A stretch of 64,000 bases of DNA from Utricularia gibba (Eukaryota; Plantae; Magnoliophyta). This document shows positions 50,440 through 63,733 of this stretch, piece after piece. Where the stretch lies: the NCBI GenBank assembly GCA_002189035.1, contig NEEC01000018.1:2046001-2110000 (forward strand), written 5' to 3'. Position 1 is the stretch's first letter, and each line of letters starts with the position of its first letter. Made by a program: the position numbers and the translations under genes. The notes under the pieces were generated by a model, which was given only the letters and a program-made list of their open reading frames with translations, was not told where the DNA came from and ran no database searches.

Positions 50440-51466
50440 TCAAAATCTCCCTCTGCCTCTAAAGCCGCCACCACGGCCTCGGTTGCCCCTGCCACCTCTA
50501 GGAGCACCCTTTCCTCTGCTAAATCCTCCTCCTCTTCCATCTTGTGATTGTCCCCTGCGGGAATTTCCAGAAGAACAAATCAAATGTATGTGCATGTTTG
50601 CAGCAGTAATGGCTTTGCCATTCGAATTTTTATCAGCCTCGCTTCTAAAGATTCCACTATTTACAGAAGGAACAGAGAGTCCACTGAATAGCATCAACTT
50701 TAAGCTATGCGCATTGAGTTCACAGTCACTCCAACAAGATGTAATGCTTCTGTTTCGACGTAAAGCCAAATAATTGGGGGTGGGGATACAATGCGCCTAG
50801 CAAAGGTCATGAGGCAGGAGTCCACATGCACTTCAACACAGTACGATAACATGGAGAGGTGAATCAAAATGTTTACTTGGGATGTGGAAGAAATCTAGAC
50901 AGTGGCAAAATCTTGGCGGGGTCAATGAGGAACTTGTCACCAACAGAGTACGATGTTGCAATGATACCCTCCATCATCTTAACGGAGAAGTACTGAAGAA
51001 ACCCCAAGAGGAATGAGTACTGAAGAAAGAACACTTCATCACGCATTTGAACAAACCACGAAAGGAGAATGAAATAGGTACAGTTTTAACTCACGGATTC
51101 ATTGATTGGGCCAAATATCTCATCTACTTTACCAATCTGAGTCTTGTTCTGGAGATAAATTGGTGCATTGAAGTAAGGTATTTTCTCATTGGTGAGCTTT
51201 GTGACAGCGTCGCCTTCACAAGCATGAAGAAAAGTCGAAACTTCTGCGTAGGTAACGGATACTCAGTTAAACATCAATGTGCTTTGAATCGTTTACTCAT
51301 GGAGAGATAAAGCGAGAGACCAACAACTTCGGAAGGTGGCCCTTCATCTCGAGGATGGAAACGACCGCCGGCGCTGTTTCTACCGAATCGACCTCCACCC
51401 CCTTCCACCTCCGCGTCCACCGAAATCCCGGCCACCGGAAAAACCACGACCCCTCGGCGGCCTCAT
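50440..51466 (-). CDS. GAR1: H/ACA ribonucleoprotein subunit GAR1; apparent frameshift in a G-run near 51400
   Basis: Four exons: MRPPRGRG...[22 protein letters not shown]...[35 protein letters not shown]...[11 protein letters not shown]-rich tail. Confidence 0.93.
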
Positions 51467-51909
51467 ATTTTTCCCTCTCCGAACTCGAGTTCGAAAGATC
51501 ACGTGCAGAGGCTTAGGTTTTTATGCTGGGCTCGAGCAAAGGGCTGAAACCGAGTCCAACCCGCAATTCAGCATTCCAACCCAACTCGGCCACCCAGACC
51601 AGGCGCATTACGAAGTTTCTAACATGGCGGCATCAAGATCAGCAATATTATTATCAATTAGTTCCATGTTTGGTAAGAGTTGTGTCTGTTCTTTATCAGA
51701 CATTATGACGGTTTCCTGTTGCTGTAAGAGATGTTGTGATGCTGTAGGCGTTTAGTAACAACACATCCAACAGAACAAAGCGGCTATTAAACCGGCTAGC
51801 TTGTCGGTGCTCTAAAGAAAATAGCACCCAATAACTAGTGTAGGGGACCCTACGAGTTTTGCTTGCAACCCATAGGAATCAAACAACTGTGACTCGAAGC
51901 TGGCGCTAG

Positions 51910-53304
51910 CTAGTTTTCTTCATTATGCAGGGGTTCCCACAATGCCACAACTTTATGGGGCTGTGCCATTAATTTCAAGGATCCTTCTGCAGATGACGCA
52001 GTAGAAGTAGTAGTAATTCGTTCTTTATCTTCAGTTTCGTTAAACAAGGGACTGTCTTTATAAACTACCTGCTTCATGGGTTGTTTCACAATCTCATCAG
52101 CTACTGCAATGAAGAAGCTCTTGGTTCTGTTTCTGCTCAATGTGTTGATCATTCAGGTTGTTTGAGAAAAGGGTGTTTTTCCATTGTTTTCTGTGGCAGC
52201 TTTCTGATGCTAAAAGTGGAATTTTCAGGCTCATGTAGCTACATTTGAGGAGGAAGAAGCGATGGGGGGAGCTAAATCTGGAGGACTTCGTCCAATCAGT
52301 GAGAATTCTTAGATGATCTTAGGTTGAAACCATAAGAATCTGCTCGCCGGTTTCATGAAGTTTTGAGTTTTGAGTGTAGATTGCAACTTTGCTTGCTCGA
52401 GAAGATGCATCCTGTCATCAAGAGGGAAGCTTTGCAACCGGGCCTGCCTTAGCTGCTGTGCACAGTGCAATTGTGTCCCTTCAGGAACCTATGGTAACAA
52501 AGCTCAATGCCCCTGCTACGCTCAGCTCAGAACACACGGAAACAAGCTAAAGTGTCCTTGATAATCAAGTAATGTTTTGTTTTGAACTTCAATCCCTGTG
52601 TTGAATTCAAAAGAATGTTCTTCTTCTGCTTTATCCAAATCCAGTTTACTTAAAGACGACTGACGGCATCTATGAAATCAACATAAATGTAACAAGAAGA
52701 GAATCTGCAACTTGAAGCCTTACCCAACATCCAGTCCATGGTGACAGTCTCCCTTGCTGTCATTTTTATATCCCAAAACTCTTGGATTTCTAAAAGAATG
52801 TTTCGCAGTGATTTCTCATTGCCTTTCCAATATCTGTACATTTGCAATCACCTCATTATACAGATTTGATCCATGTACTTGAGGGAATTTCTTAAGAGGC
52901 ATGCTAAGATCATCAAGGCTAAGATCAGGCACTTGCCATTTCCTCTCTTCACCTCAATAACGCGAATGAATAACCTAAGAACTTGCTAAGAACATTTTCT
53001 TGTACATTCTTTATTTCATGACCGTAAGAAGACTGAAGACAGACCTTTCCCGCAAGTTCTCATATCGTCTTCACCAACAATTGCATCTTGAATCCCATCA
53101 GCAGAATTGAACTTCAGGTTTCTAAATAGCCTAAGTCTTTCAGGATCAGGGCTGCGGTAGAATCAACAAAACACATGTTTCTTGATCTGCGGAAGTTACG
53201 AGAGCATGAATCATTTGATGGAAAAAGAAACAAGGGACTCCCACATAAGAAATGGAGATGCTTTCAAGTATCAGAGCAGGTGAAGCTACAATGTTCGCCG
53301 CCAT
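51910..53304 (-). other. Putative unidentified multi-exon gene whose last intron would contain the GASA gene
   Basis: Exon blocks 53151-53045 and 52952 onward join in frame. A strong donor at 52723 (G|GTAAGG) joins in frame to an acceptor at 52104, giving VADEIVKQPMKQ...NEEN*. The full model needs two unexplained frame changes. Confidence 0.3.
52109..52561 (+). CDS. GASA/Snakin cysteine-rich peptide
   Basis: Three in-frame exons (52109-52156, 52229-52298, about 52380-52561). Signal peptide plus a 12-Cys GASA domain CNFACSRRC...CLSCCAQCNCVPSGTYGNKAQCPCYAQL...KCP*. Confidence 0.93.
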
Positions 53305-55825
53305 CTCTGAGTTGCTGATATCACCGGAAATCGATCGATGATAAACCCCCTTCAGATTCAGGCATTTATTCAAGGGAATGCAGCGTGACCTGTTTCACTT
53401 GACGGAGCCATTTTGTGTACATAAAAATGCCCAATCTTCTCCAAGAAAAGCCCTTAGAATGGTATTTGGGTATTCAAAAAGCCCAATCTTTTGCTGGGGA
53501 AACGAAGCACACCCCCGTAACTCAATTCTGACTTCTCATTTTCATGCGTTAATTTGTACTGGAATTACCGATTTCATCCGACAAATTGGGTAGAAAAGCG
53601 AAAGATACCCTCGGATTGCAAGGCGAAGCCGCTCTTCTTTCATGTCTTCTCATTTTCATGTGTTATCATTTCTATGGTTTACTTGGATTTGGTGAATCTG
53701 AATTACTCTTCTTTGACCCAAAGTTTGCATCTTTTTTTTTCTGTATTCGTAGAATCCCGCTTGCTGGGTCTCTTCCAAAGTTTCCAATCGAGTGGGTTGC
53801 CCTGTGTCTTTTGGTCATGTTCAATTCGGTTCTTTGAATGTAAAAAGCATGACATTGCTGTAGAAGATACGTACTGAAACCGTTCATATCAGTGAAGTAC
53901 AAATGTTTCAGACAGATTTAACGGGCAAGCAAGAGCATGATTTGAATGCTGGGGTTGTTCCTTGATCAGCGGCATATATGCTGACGCTAACAAAGGAATT
54001 CGCAGGGAAGGTTTCCGAAGGTGTGGGCAGTTGTGAATGCAATGAGGAACAATGGAATCACATTGCTTCTTGAGAATAATGGCAGCAGTCCATTCAAGAC
54101 AGTCGTACATGAAAGCTGAGATGAATGCATTCATCAGCATGAGACCAATCCTTTTACTGGCATCATGAGGCATAGCAGCAGCAACTATCCTATCAGATTT
54201 TTGGAAATATTACTGTAGTGTGCTATATGGAACAGGCCAGTTCAGGCCATTTCTAATGTAATGACCCCTGCCTTTTACTTCAACTGTGGAGGAGTTTGTA
54301 TGTGCATGATTTGTTAGAAATCTTGTTAATGGATAATAAGAGATCTCCTCTTTAGCAGCAGCAAGACCAAAGTGGGTGGCAGTCATGATGAATCCATAGA
54401 AAGGATGATCATAAAGCGATGGTAGGCAGGGAACACCATAGATTTCTAGAAATGCATGGAGCTGGTCATCTTAGCTGGACATGTTTCTTTTCTCCTTTTT
54501 CCATGAATGCTGTTGTTCGTTCTTTTAAGCCAGCATTCAATGAGCAGCTTCTTCCCTTCCCTTCCCTTCCCACCCTTGCAGGGATCAACAAAGCAACGCA
54601 CATTGTTCCTCTCTTTTGTAGGCTAGCTAGAAAGGTCAATGATGAGAGAGCTCGCAGCCATTTGGTGATTTGATCGCAGAGGTGGAATATTAATAAGTGT
54701 TCATGAGCTGGATCTGCGAAACAAAAGCTAAAGAAAAGGCTGAAAAAGATGAATGGGAATCCTTATTTTTGGATGCTTCCCAAATTTGAAAACTAGCTGA
54801 GCTGAGAGAGAGCGTGGCACGAGAAGGAGGGGGAGGTGGTGGTTATAATTGCCTGCTTGTGATCAGACAACACACATGTCTATAAAGTTGGGCTACTGCT
54901 GCCGACTTGAAACGACATGTTGAAGCAATTCGTACCACCCCCCATTTATTGTTAATCATACTTCCCTTCCCTCGCACTGTTCTTTAGCCACAACCCTTTC
55001 CTCCAGACACCACCATACCATTATTGCATTGCATTGCAAGCTCCAGACGTATGTTTTCAAAAGCATGAATACACTCCATTGTAGGAGGAGGAGGATGTGG
55101 GGCGTTCCATGGTTCACTGGGGGAGATGCCCTTTTTCCAGAATGCTCTCGATCGCCTTCCCACCTTTGCAGGGAACAAGCATCATTGCCGCCAATTCCCA
55201 ACACACACACACCCACACCCACACCCACCACCAACTTCTCATACTCCACAATGGCACCGGAGAAATGACTACGTGTGCAAATTCATATGCTCCAGTGAGT
55301 CGATGAATCCAACACCAACAGCCCTCGTCGTTCCCAACACAATGCATGCTTGAAACACATTTAAAAATGTAGTCTTTTTGAAGTACAAAACATTTCTTCT
55401 TTGGAAGTTAAAGCAATACCAAATAAGGACTTTAATTTTTTTAATTTTTTTTATATTAATTTAAATTCAAATCAATTTACTATAAAAAGGGATTCAGCTC
55501 AAAATCATGACTATATAAAAAAATAGATTACATTTGATTTTAAAAACGATATAATTCTAAATTTAATTTATTAAAATATTGGATTTTACATGGACTAATA
55601 AAGAAAATTCAAAAAGATGTTGGGGTTGAATGTAATATACACATTTTACATGCATTTACAACCTGATGATGGACAGCATTACATTAAATATACCAGATTT
55701 TTGGAATATTTTTATGAAATAATTAAATTTTGTTGTCTCTATTTATATAGCACTCATCTCCCCATTTGCTGTCCGCCCTCAGTCAGTCCCTGTGCCTTTC
55801 TTCTCTTCTTCCTTGTCTGAGTGCA

Positions 55826-56763
55826 ATGGATCCTTCCTCTGCCAACTCCGTCAACAGCTTCTACGCCTTCCTCACCCGCGGCATCGATGAGCTGGAACGC
55901 GTATTCGTCTCCAGCAACGTGATGTCGCTCCAATTCCTGCAACGGGTTCTGTCATTGCTGAGGTCATTCCATTCCCAGCTTCTGCTTCTGGTGCAGAAAC
56001 TCCGTCTCCCCGTCGGCGAAAAATGGCTGGACGAGTACATGGACGAGAGCTCCAAGCTTTGGGATGTTTGCCATGTCGTCAAGGCTGGAGTTTCATCCAT
56101 GGAGAACTACTACTCCACCGGCCTTCTCATGTCCTCGTCCCTGGATGGCAATCGCCGCCTCAGCTCGCAGCTTTCTCGTCAGGTTATGCGGGCGATATCG
56201 GGATGCCGGAGGGAAGCGGTCGGACTGGAAGAAGAGAACAGGGCGTTGATGGAAACGAGGATCGGGGACTTGTCCCTTGGACTCGGAGAAAAGGTGATGG
56301 TCGAATCGAAACTGAACGCGTTCAGTGGCTTCAGGGGAGTTCTGTATGCGATGAGGAACGTGAGTTCGCTTTTGATGACCATCCTTCTTCAGGGACTGGT
56401 CTGGTCGGACCCCGACTTCGCGTCGCCGGCGACGAGGGGTGCCTGTTTTTCGGATCCGGGTTCATGATCTCGACGGCGAGATTGCAGCGGCGAGTGGCGG
56501 CGCAGATTTCAGGGCGAAGCGGGATCATGCTGTACGAATTCAGACGGTCGAGGGAAGCGATGGAGGAGCTGAGGGAAGAACTGGAGCACGCAAACGTGGA
56601 CAGGGAGACGGAAGGCGCCATTAGAGAAAGACTAGAAGAACTCAAGAACTGCTTCGGCGCTCTGAGAGCTGGGCTAGAGAACTTGATCGGCGACATCGAT
56701 GACTTCTTCGATGAAATAGTTGACGGAAGGAAGAAGCTCTCTGACTTCTGTACCCACCGGTGA
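55826..56763 (+). CDS. BPS1-like/DUF793 protein; apparent 1-nt frameshift near 56420
   Basis: [65 protein letters not shown]. The C-terminal half [12 protein letters not shown]...[21 protein letters not shown] is in the -1 frame. Confidence 0.88.
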
Positions 56764-57490
56764 AGAAGACAATCGAAGCATCCATTCCATTCCACCCCTT
56801 CGTGGAAAAAAAATAATAAAATCAAAATTTTTGAGTCGGTTCCAATTCTAGTTTCACATATATATCCATGTGAAATTGTATTATTTTAATTTCAAATATA
56901 TATAATTTAACTCAGTCTTTTGTGTAAATTGAAGAAAGTAGGGGGGTTTTGTGCAATAAGTGGAAAAGATGATTAAACTTGTAAGAAGGCAGCGACCATA
57001 AAAGCGACAACCTTTTGAGTGCGTGTCTTCCAAATCAAGAAAGCAAGCGCGATTTAAAAGCCAGCAAACTTGCGGCTATTGCTTAAAAGAGATCCCTTGT
57101 CTTGTCCTGTTCACATCTCCACCATGTTCTCCTCCCGCCGACAACATGTCCGCACAGACACCCAGTCACCTCACCTCGCCGTCCCGGTGCTCCATAACGG
57201 TTTCCGCCGTTAAGCAGCGCCGCCGACCGTACTGTTACAGAAGATGGGGACGGCCCATTGCTCACAGCCCGGTACGGGCTTTGAAATGGCCCAGTCGCAT
57301 GGGGTGGTAAATTTGCACATTTGATGTTTATTTTATTTGAAAAATCACGTTATGTGGAAAGCATCCACGTTACAGAGCGCGAGCCCATGTTTCTACTTCG
57401 CCCTGGCCATGAACGCAGGCCGCCAGGGAGAACAACGCACAGAAACACAGGCTTTTCTTTCCTTCTCCATACATCGTCGCGTTTTGGGAC

Positions 57491-58536
57491 TCACATGGAC
57501 CACCGGCGAAGCCTTCCGACGACGTGGGGCGCCTCCGGCTCCGAACCGTTGCGGGGCGGGTCGAAGACGACCGGCAAGAAATCAAGCTTGTCGCATTCGA
57601 AGACGGACTCCTGGAACCTTTTCACCAGCCGAGGCTTCCCCTGAAAATCAATCTTTGGTACAACCAATATTCCAAAAGGATATGTAGTACAGGTTACTGC
57701 TTGATCATGGTACCTGAATCCTTGCCCAAGTGGCCTCGCAAACTTTCTTGGACCGGATGAAACAGCCCTTCTGAATTCCGATCTCCTCCCATTTGGAGTT
57801 CTGCACAAGACCCATGAATTTCTTTGCTGCCGCCGTGGTGGTGAAGTTCACAAATGCGTAGCCCAGATTATCTTCCCTTCTAGAAAGATCAAGATCAACT
57901 CCAATCAACCACACTAATCACAGACGACAAAATCGATGACTGTGACATTAATTACCCAAAATCCATTGGTAGGTAGAAGAAATCGTACTCCAAGCCATGT
58001 CCATTGCAGTATTCATCAAGGAAGGCCAGCATGAAGTCCCTCCTGCAAAGAAACAACGCCAAACTTCTGTAAAAGAACCAATTTTCTGCAGTTAACTCCA
58101 CTGAAGCTGGTGTCTTCTACAGTTAAACAAGGCACATTGAATGCATGTCGCAGAACCTCAGCTTATTGGGAATGTTCTTTATCATAACAGTAGTCTTTAG
58201 CGTCTCCTCAACAGCAGCACAAATCCCTTTACAACTCTTCCTCTTCTTGGTCGGCTTCTTCACCTTCTCAGACGTAACCAAACAGCCGCTCTCAGCATTG
58301 TCTTCGAAGTGTTCGATTACTGGGTAATTTGAAAAGGCGGAGCTGCTGTCGTAGCAGTAGTAGTAGTAGTAAAAATAATAGTAACAGTTAGCGGTGGAAA
58401 GAGGAGTCGGCAATGGGAGAATCGGGTAGCCGAAAGTGTAATGCGGGGTTGCAGGAGCTGAAAAAGGAACCCATTCTCGAGCAAACGGGTTGAGAATCGT
58501 GCAGAGAGATGATGAGGAAGAAGAAGAAGAGTTCAT
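57491..58536 (-). CDS. MEI2-like protein with only the C-terminal RRM (MCT/TE1-like)
   Basis: Four in-frame exons: TTVMIKNIPNKL-RRDFMLAFLDEYC...YDFFYLPMDF-NLGYAFVNFT...WARIQ-GK...FLPVVFDPPRNG. Confidence 0.88.
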
Positions 58537-58848
58537 CGTGAAGCTCAGGGGGGCGAAGAGGAAACAGAGATCACGATGATGATATAAAGGGGGAGGAGGA
58601 GTGGGGAGTTTGTGATTGGATTGATTGATGTGAAAAGCAGGAAGAAATTCGAGAAGTGTAATAATTGAACCGCTGCACGTTAACTGGCACAGGACAACGG
58701 CGAGATCTTTAGGCGGCGCAGCGGGGGAATGACAGAATGGACAGCAGCAAAATTCGTGTACCTATCCAATCATTGCGCTGCCAAAATATTTTTGTCGTTC
58801 AGTCTGTATTTGTATTTCAAAATATATCAGAAGTCTCATTCCATCCAA

Positions 58849-58929
58849 GTTGAGTTGGCCGAGTTGGTCTAAGGCGCCAGATTAAGGTTCTGGTCCGAAA
58901 GGGCGTGGGTTCGAATCCCACACTCAACA
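58849..58929 (+). tRNA. tRNA-Leu(AAG/IAG)
   Basis: 81-nt cloverleaf with GTTGAGT/ACTCAAC acceptor stem, CCAGA-TTAAGGT-TCTGG anticodon arm, long variable arm and GGTTCGAATCC. Confidence 0.95.
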
Positions 58930-59210
58930 GACAGTTCATTTTTAATTTTGCCGAATTGTGGTGTCCAAGACGGTGATCATTTAACAATCGAAATTTGTAC
59001 GTTTGCGTGGAGAACTACCAATGAAATGCAGTATGCACTGAAGCGGGAACTTCAGCCAGGACCCATGTGAATGCTAAGCAATCTCAATCACAATCATTAA
59101 CAGAAGTGAGTTATATATGTACTACAGGAAGCTTGCTTTGCTTCACATTTGCAACACTTTTGAGTATCTTCATTCTTCTCCAATGTTATCAGCCTCAAAC
59201 ATCTTCTTTC

Positions 59211-61071
59211 TCACACAGAAGCTCCATCGTAAGAGCCCAACAAGCTTATAATATGCTGGTAGATCTTAATCCCCTCCAGGTAAACACTGTCACTCAGGAA
59301 CTGTTGAGAGCAGAAGCAGATATCTGAATTATGCTCAACTTGGCAGATCTATAGAAGATATCATCTGTTTGGTGAGTTACCTCATTGTGATCATGAAGAA
59401 GAATTGGGGTGTTTCTCATCGGGGAAAACCCCAGACATGGAATTCCCAAGTGTCTGATGTATCGTGCATCGGTTGTCGAGGGCAAGATCTCTGGAGTAGC
59501 AAGTTTCCCACCTGCTTCAACAATAGCTTTTCTGAATAAGGCCCACCACGGATTGGTATCATTAGTTGCAGTCATCAGAGGCTGGCCATGGACATCCCGG
59601 AGAGGACCCTTTTCTGTAATCTGCCACAGGTTTAAAGCCAATCCCTTAAGCCTTTTCAGGTAAATGGGATTGCTGGAATTCAAGTGCAGCATATCAAATG
59701 AAGAAAGGAATCAGATTAAGTAAGGCTAATTAATCATCTAGAGCTACCCCACTAAAGGCACCATTATTCTTTTCTAAACACTATAATAATGCACTGGGGT
59801 CGCTAGTATCAGAAAATGAAGTATTTTAAGCTATCCAAGCAGTAGCATCTTCAGACTTCAAACAGTTCAGCCTTTTCTGGTTCCTTGCAATTCTAAGTTT
59901 TGGAAAACATGTCATCCACTGAAGTAAGCCTGACATAGCACTTCCTTACCTGATACGTCATGTTCCTCCATGCTGGTGCCCACTCCTCTATAATTCTCTG
60001 CCTCACGCTGTTGGGATCCGCCGTTGGTGGCAACCGTATATCGAATCCGGCCTCGGCCTCTGATGGTTGAATATTCATGACGAATCCCTAGTGCCAATCA
60101 AACTCAATCAGTCGTTTGCAAACCCACAAGCTCGGATCATCAAATCAAACAACTTCACAAAAAGAAAAAAAAAAAAAAAAACTCACGGTGGGAGATGGAA
60201 CCCCAGCTTTTATGTATACAGGATTAACAGAAATAACCTCAGAGGTTGCAAATAGTCCTGCTTTAACAACATCAAAAGCATTCTCCCTGAACTTCATTAT
60301 AACCTCCACGCTCTTCATCAGATTCTCTACAGCACTGTCATCATACATTCTTGATCCATGCCCAGGATTTCCTCTAGATTTGATGACTAAATTCCATGGT
60401 GATCGATCAGCGTAAAACACCCTAAATTCATCATTCACGGAGGCCTGGCCTTCGTCCAAAACAAACCCAACATTCAATTCGTGAAACTCTTTGCTCTTAA
60501 CAAACTTAGCCATCCCATCAAACCCTCCAACCTCCTCATCAGGCACAAAAGAGATATGCACATTTCTCAACGGCTTGTAATCAAAATCACTTATTAACCT
60601 GTTGATAGCTTCCAAATACTGAATGCCTATGCATTTGTCATCCTGAGCTCCACGGGCGTAGATTTTGCCATCATCAGAAATTTGCGCTTCAAACGGGTCG
60701 TATAACCATTTCGAAGGCTCTGCAGGGACGGAATCGAGGTGCGAATTGAGGAGAAGCGAAGGGAGCGTGGGGTTCGAACCAAGCCAGGTGATAAGGAGGA
60801 GCGGTTTATCCGGAGTCGTGAGGTATAGAGTTCGAGCCTTGAGAGCGGGAATCGTAGCGACGAATTCCGTAAGATAATTGACGGCGTGGGCATACTCCGG
60901 CCTGGGATGAGCAGTGTTGATTTTTAGGTAGCTTCTGAAACGATCTATGGATTTCAATCTCTGATCAGCTTGATTTCCTCCACCATGTGCAAGTAAAAGG
61001 CATGGCGAGATACCAGCGAAGATGAAGATGACGGCGGTGATCAGCGGCCGCCGGTGGCGGCAGAGAGCCAT
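59211..61071 (-). CDS. ACY1: Aminoacylase-1 (peptidase M20)
   Basis: Four in-frame exons with LLLNSHLDSVP, IYARGAQDDK, SFVPDEEVGG, GHGS, FDIRLPP, TTDARY and LLHDHNE-FL. Confidence 0.93.
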
Positions 61072-63733
61072 GGCTGTCTGGCCCAATACCTCATATTCAA
61101 ACAAATAAAGATGTCGGCCCAAACCCAAATACCCTCTTATCACATCTGAGGCCTGGAAATCAGGCCCGCTAAATTTTCATAATTTGTTAAAAAAAAATTC
61201 AAATAACATAAATTAATACCTCTCCCTATATGGATAACCCCTTGATGAATACCAATTGGAAAATTGGTGCCAAATCAAATACGAAAGAATCATGTTTCGA
61301 GCCCAATTCCGTAACTATTAAGTTCGAATAATCTTCGAAATCTCATCATGATAGAGACATACAATTATAATTCTTAGTATTTTTATACGAAATTTCTAAT
61401 AAATGTGATGGTGATTACGATCGCTACTTATACATATTACTCATTGTTTCGATGAAGTGTTCGGATGAAGGTGACGTGGGTATGTAACTATCCACAACGA
61501 AGTTATGAGTCCATATTGAACATTATCATTTAGAGGAAGAACAAGTCGTTTCGGTAGGTGAACTGAGGGGATTCGATATTTGGAATGGTGCTGAACATAT
61601 GGCCGGCCGACGTGTGATCCAAAACATGTTCCGCATTGGAAGCTTAGCTTGAATCCACCCAATGTCTTTCCCTCCCATGCTTCACTTCACTTAGTGCCCC
61701 TTTTCAATCATGTAGCCTTTTGTATTTTTCAGTATTATTATTATTATCCCTTTTTTTCACGTTAAAATAGTAGAAATTGGTAGGAAAATCAATGTCGATA
61801 GAGGAACAAGGCACTTACCAAATCTGGCGCCTCAAGTGTCCACTACACCATGCACTTACCACAACTATCTTTTTAAAGCATTTCAATTGTGTACAATATT
61901 TTCGATATTTAAAATCGAATGAATGATAAATGTTTCAACTGAGTTTCAGACAATAGTTTTGATGTATGAAATTGAATAAATAGTAAATGCTTTCGAAGCT
62001 CGTTTAGAACCGATTGGATTGGTGCATGAAAATCCAATCGTTCGATGGAGTTTGCAGCTAAATATTGCCTCTAAATAAAACCAAATATTTTTTTAGTTAT
62101 TAAAAAATAATAAAACCAAAATGTTACCAAAGTCGTTGGTGGAATTACATGAATATATTGGGTGTGTTCAAAATTGGAGGAGTCGTGGCTGGTGCAAACA
62201 CGCTATGCGGAAGAAAGCGTGCTTTTGCTTTAACCCAAAACAAAGAGAAAAAGCACGCTTCCTTTCTATTTTTTGGGTGACTCATGCCTCAATTCACAAA
62301 GGCATCCATCACATAATGCCGTTCATTATTCTAAAGAAAAAAGATTAAAATGTTTTTAAATGCAAATTTATTTACTTCTTCCCAATAAATACAAGAAAAC
62401 AAATATATTTGTTGAATAATTTTATTAAATATTTTTTAAAAAATTATGTAAACTAAGTGGTGAGGAGGAGACATGCCATGAGGTGGCTGGACACGCAGAC
62501 TAAAAGCCGCTCCCTTAGGTTAGGGGATCCGCCATCCATTTGCTCGTGTCGTCCCACTTAGGGGTTTGTGCCACTAACAAATTTCAATCATGGTGTCCTA
62601 AAAGACACCTTTAATGATTCGAATCTTTGTCCACATGATTTTTTTTTTGTAATTAGAAATATTTGGAAAATCGATTTGGGCGTAAAAAATAGGTTTAAGT
62701 TGGTGAACAGTGTTTGAAAGTAGAGGGATGAGGTGGGATTCCATTCATGTCACTTGGAGGAGCGATCATGTCTTGCTGCTCATCTTTAGGGCTCATGGGA
62801 TAAGGGTTTTGGGGGTAGGATCATAAAGAAGAAAAGAAGCACACTAAGTGCAATCTATGCCTGGACCAAACCCTAAGGATGTGTTTTGTATATATGAGTT
62901 TTTGTTAAATGAAAACTTCGTATAATGTATTTCATAGCAAATTTTGATATAAATCCGTAATTTCTAAGTTATGTGGATTTTATTTCAAACCCATCATATG
63001 ATTTAATTATCTTTTTTACTCCTTATTTCCTATATACTAAACATAGTAAATTCTAAACTAAATATATCGAATATACAAAGTAAATCTAACCTAATTATTT
63101 CCTATTCAAATTAACAAATAATGTCTAAATGTGTGTATGTGTCATGATTGATGCTCGCTTTATATGATATTATTTGTTTCAAGTATTTAATTCTTATAGT
63201 TTTATTTTCTGTACGTTTAGAAAAAATGTCTCATACCAATGTTTCAGGATAACTCTATTTAAACAATTTTTATCCCTCTATATGAGGAGACTAGTCATAA
63301 TATTTCATATTGATTACAAACATGAAAGATGATATATTTAAATAGATGAATCATTTTAATCTTGTAAATGATCTTTTTTTCTGAAAAGTAATAATGTAAA
63401 AGCATGAGAATTGAATGATCAAAACAGAAAATATCATACAAAATGAACATAGATAGTGACAGTATATGAGTTGGATTTATGTAGATTACTTCAGCTACCA
63501 CTCCAACAAATGTCACTATCCATGTTGACCATGATGTGAGTTTTAACCATTCAATTTTACATTTATATGTGATGTGTTGGATAAGGGGTTAAATGATTCC
63601 GAAATAGCTTTGCATTGGTCAATGTCCATAGCTTTTGATTGGCATGAGGTGTGCAGCACTATCACTTGGACTGCATCTTCAAATCATGCCTATAAATGGT
63701 CACTGCAATCCCTGCTATCGTTGCAAGAAAACA

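Noticed and set aside
62550-62570. Telomere-like TTAGGGGTTT
   Set aside because: A single imperfect unit, not an interstitial telomeric array.
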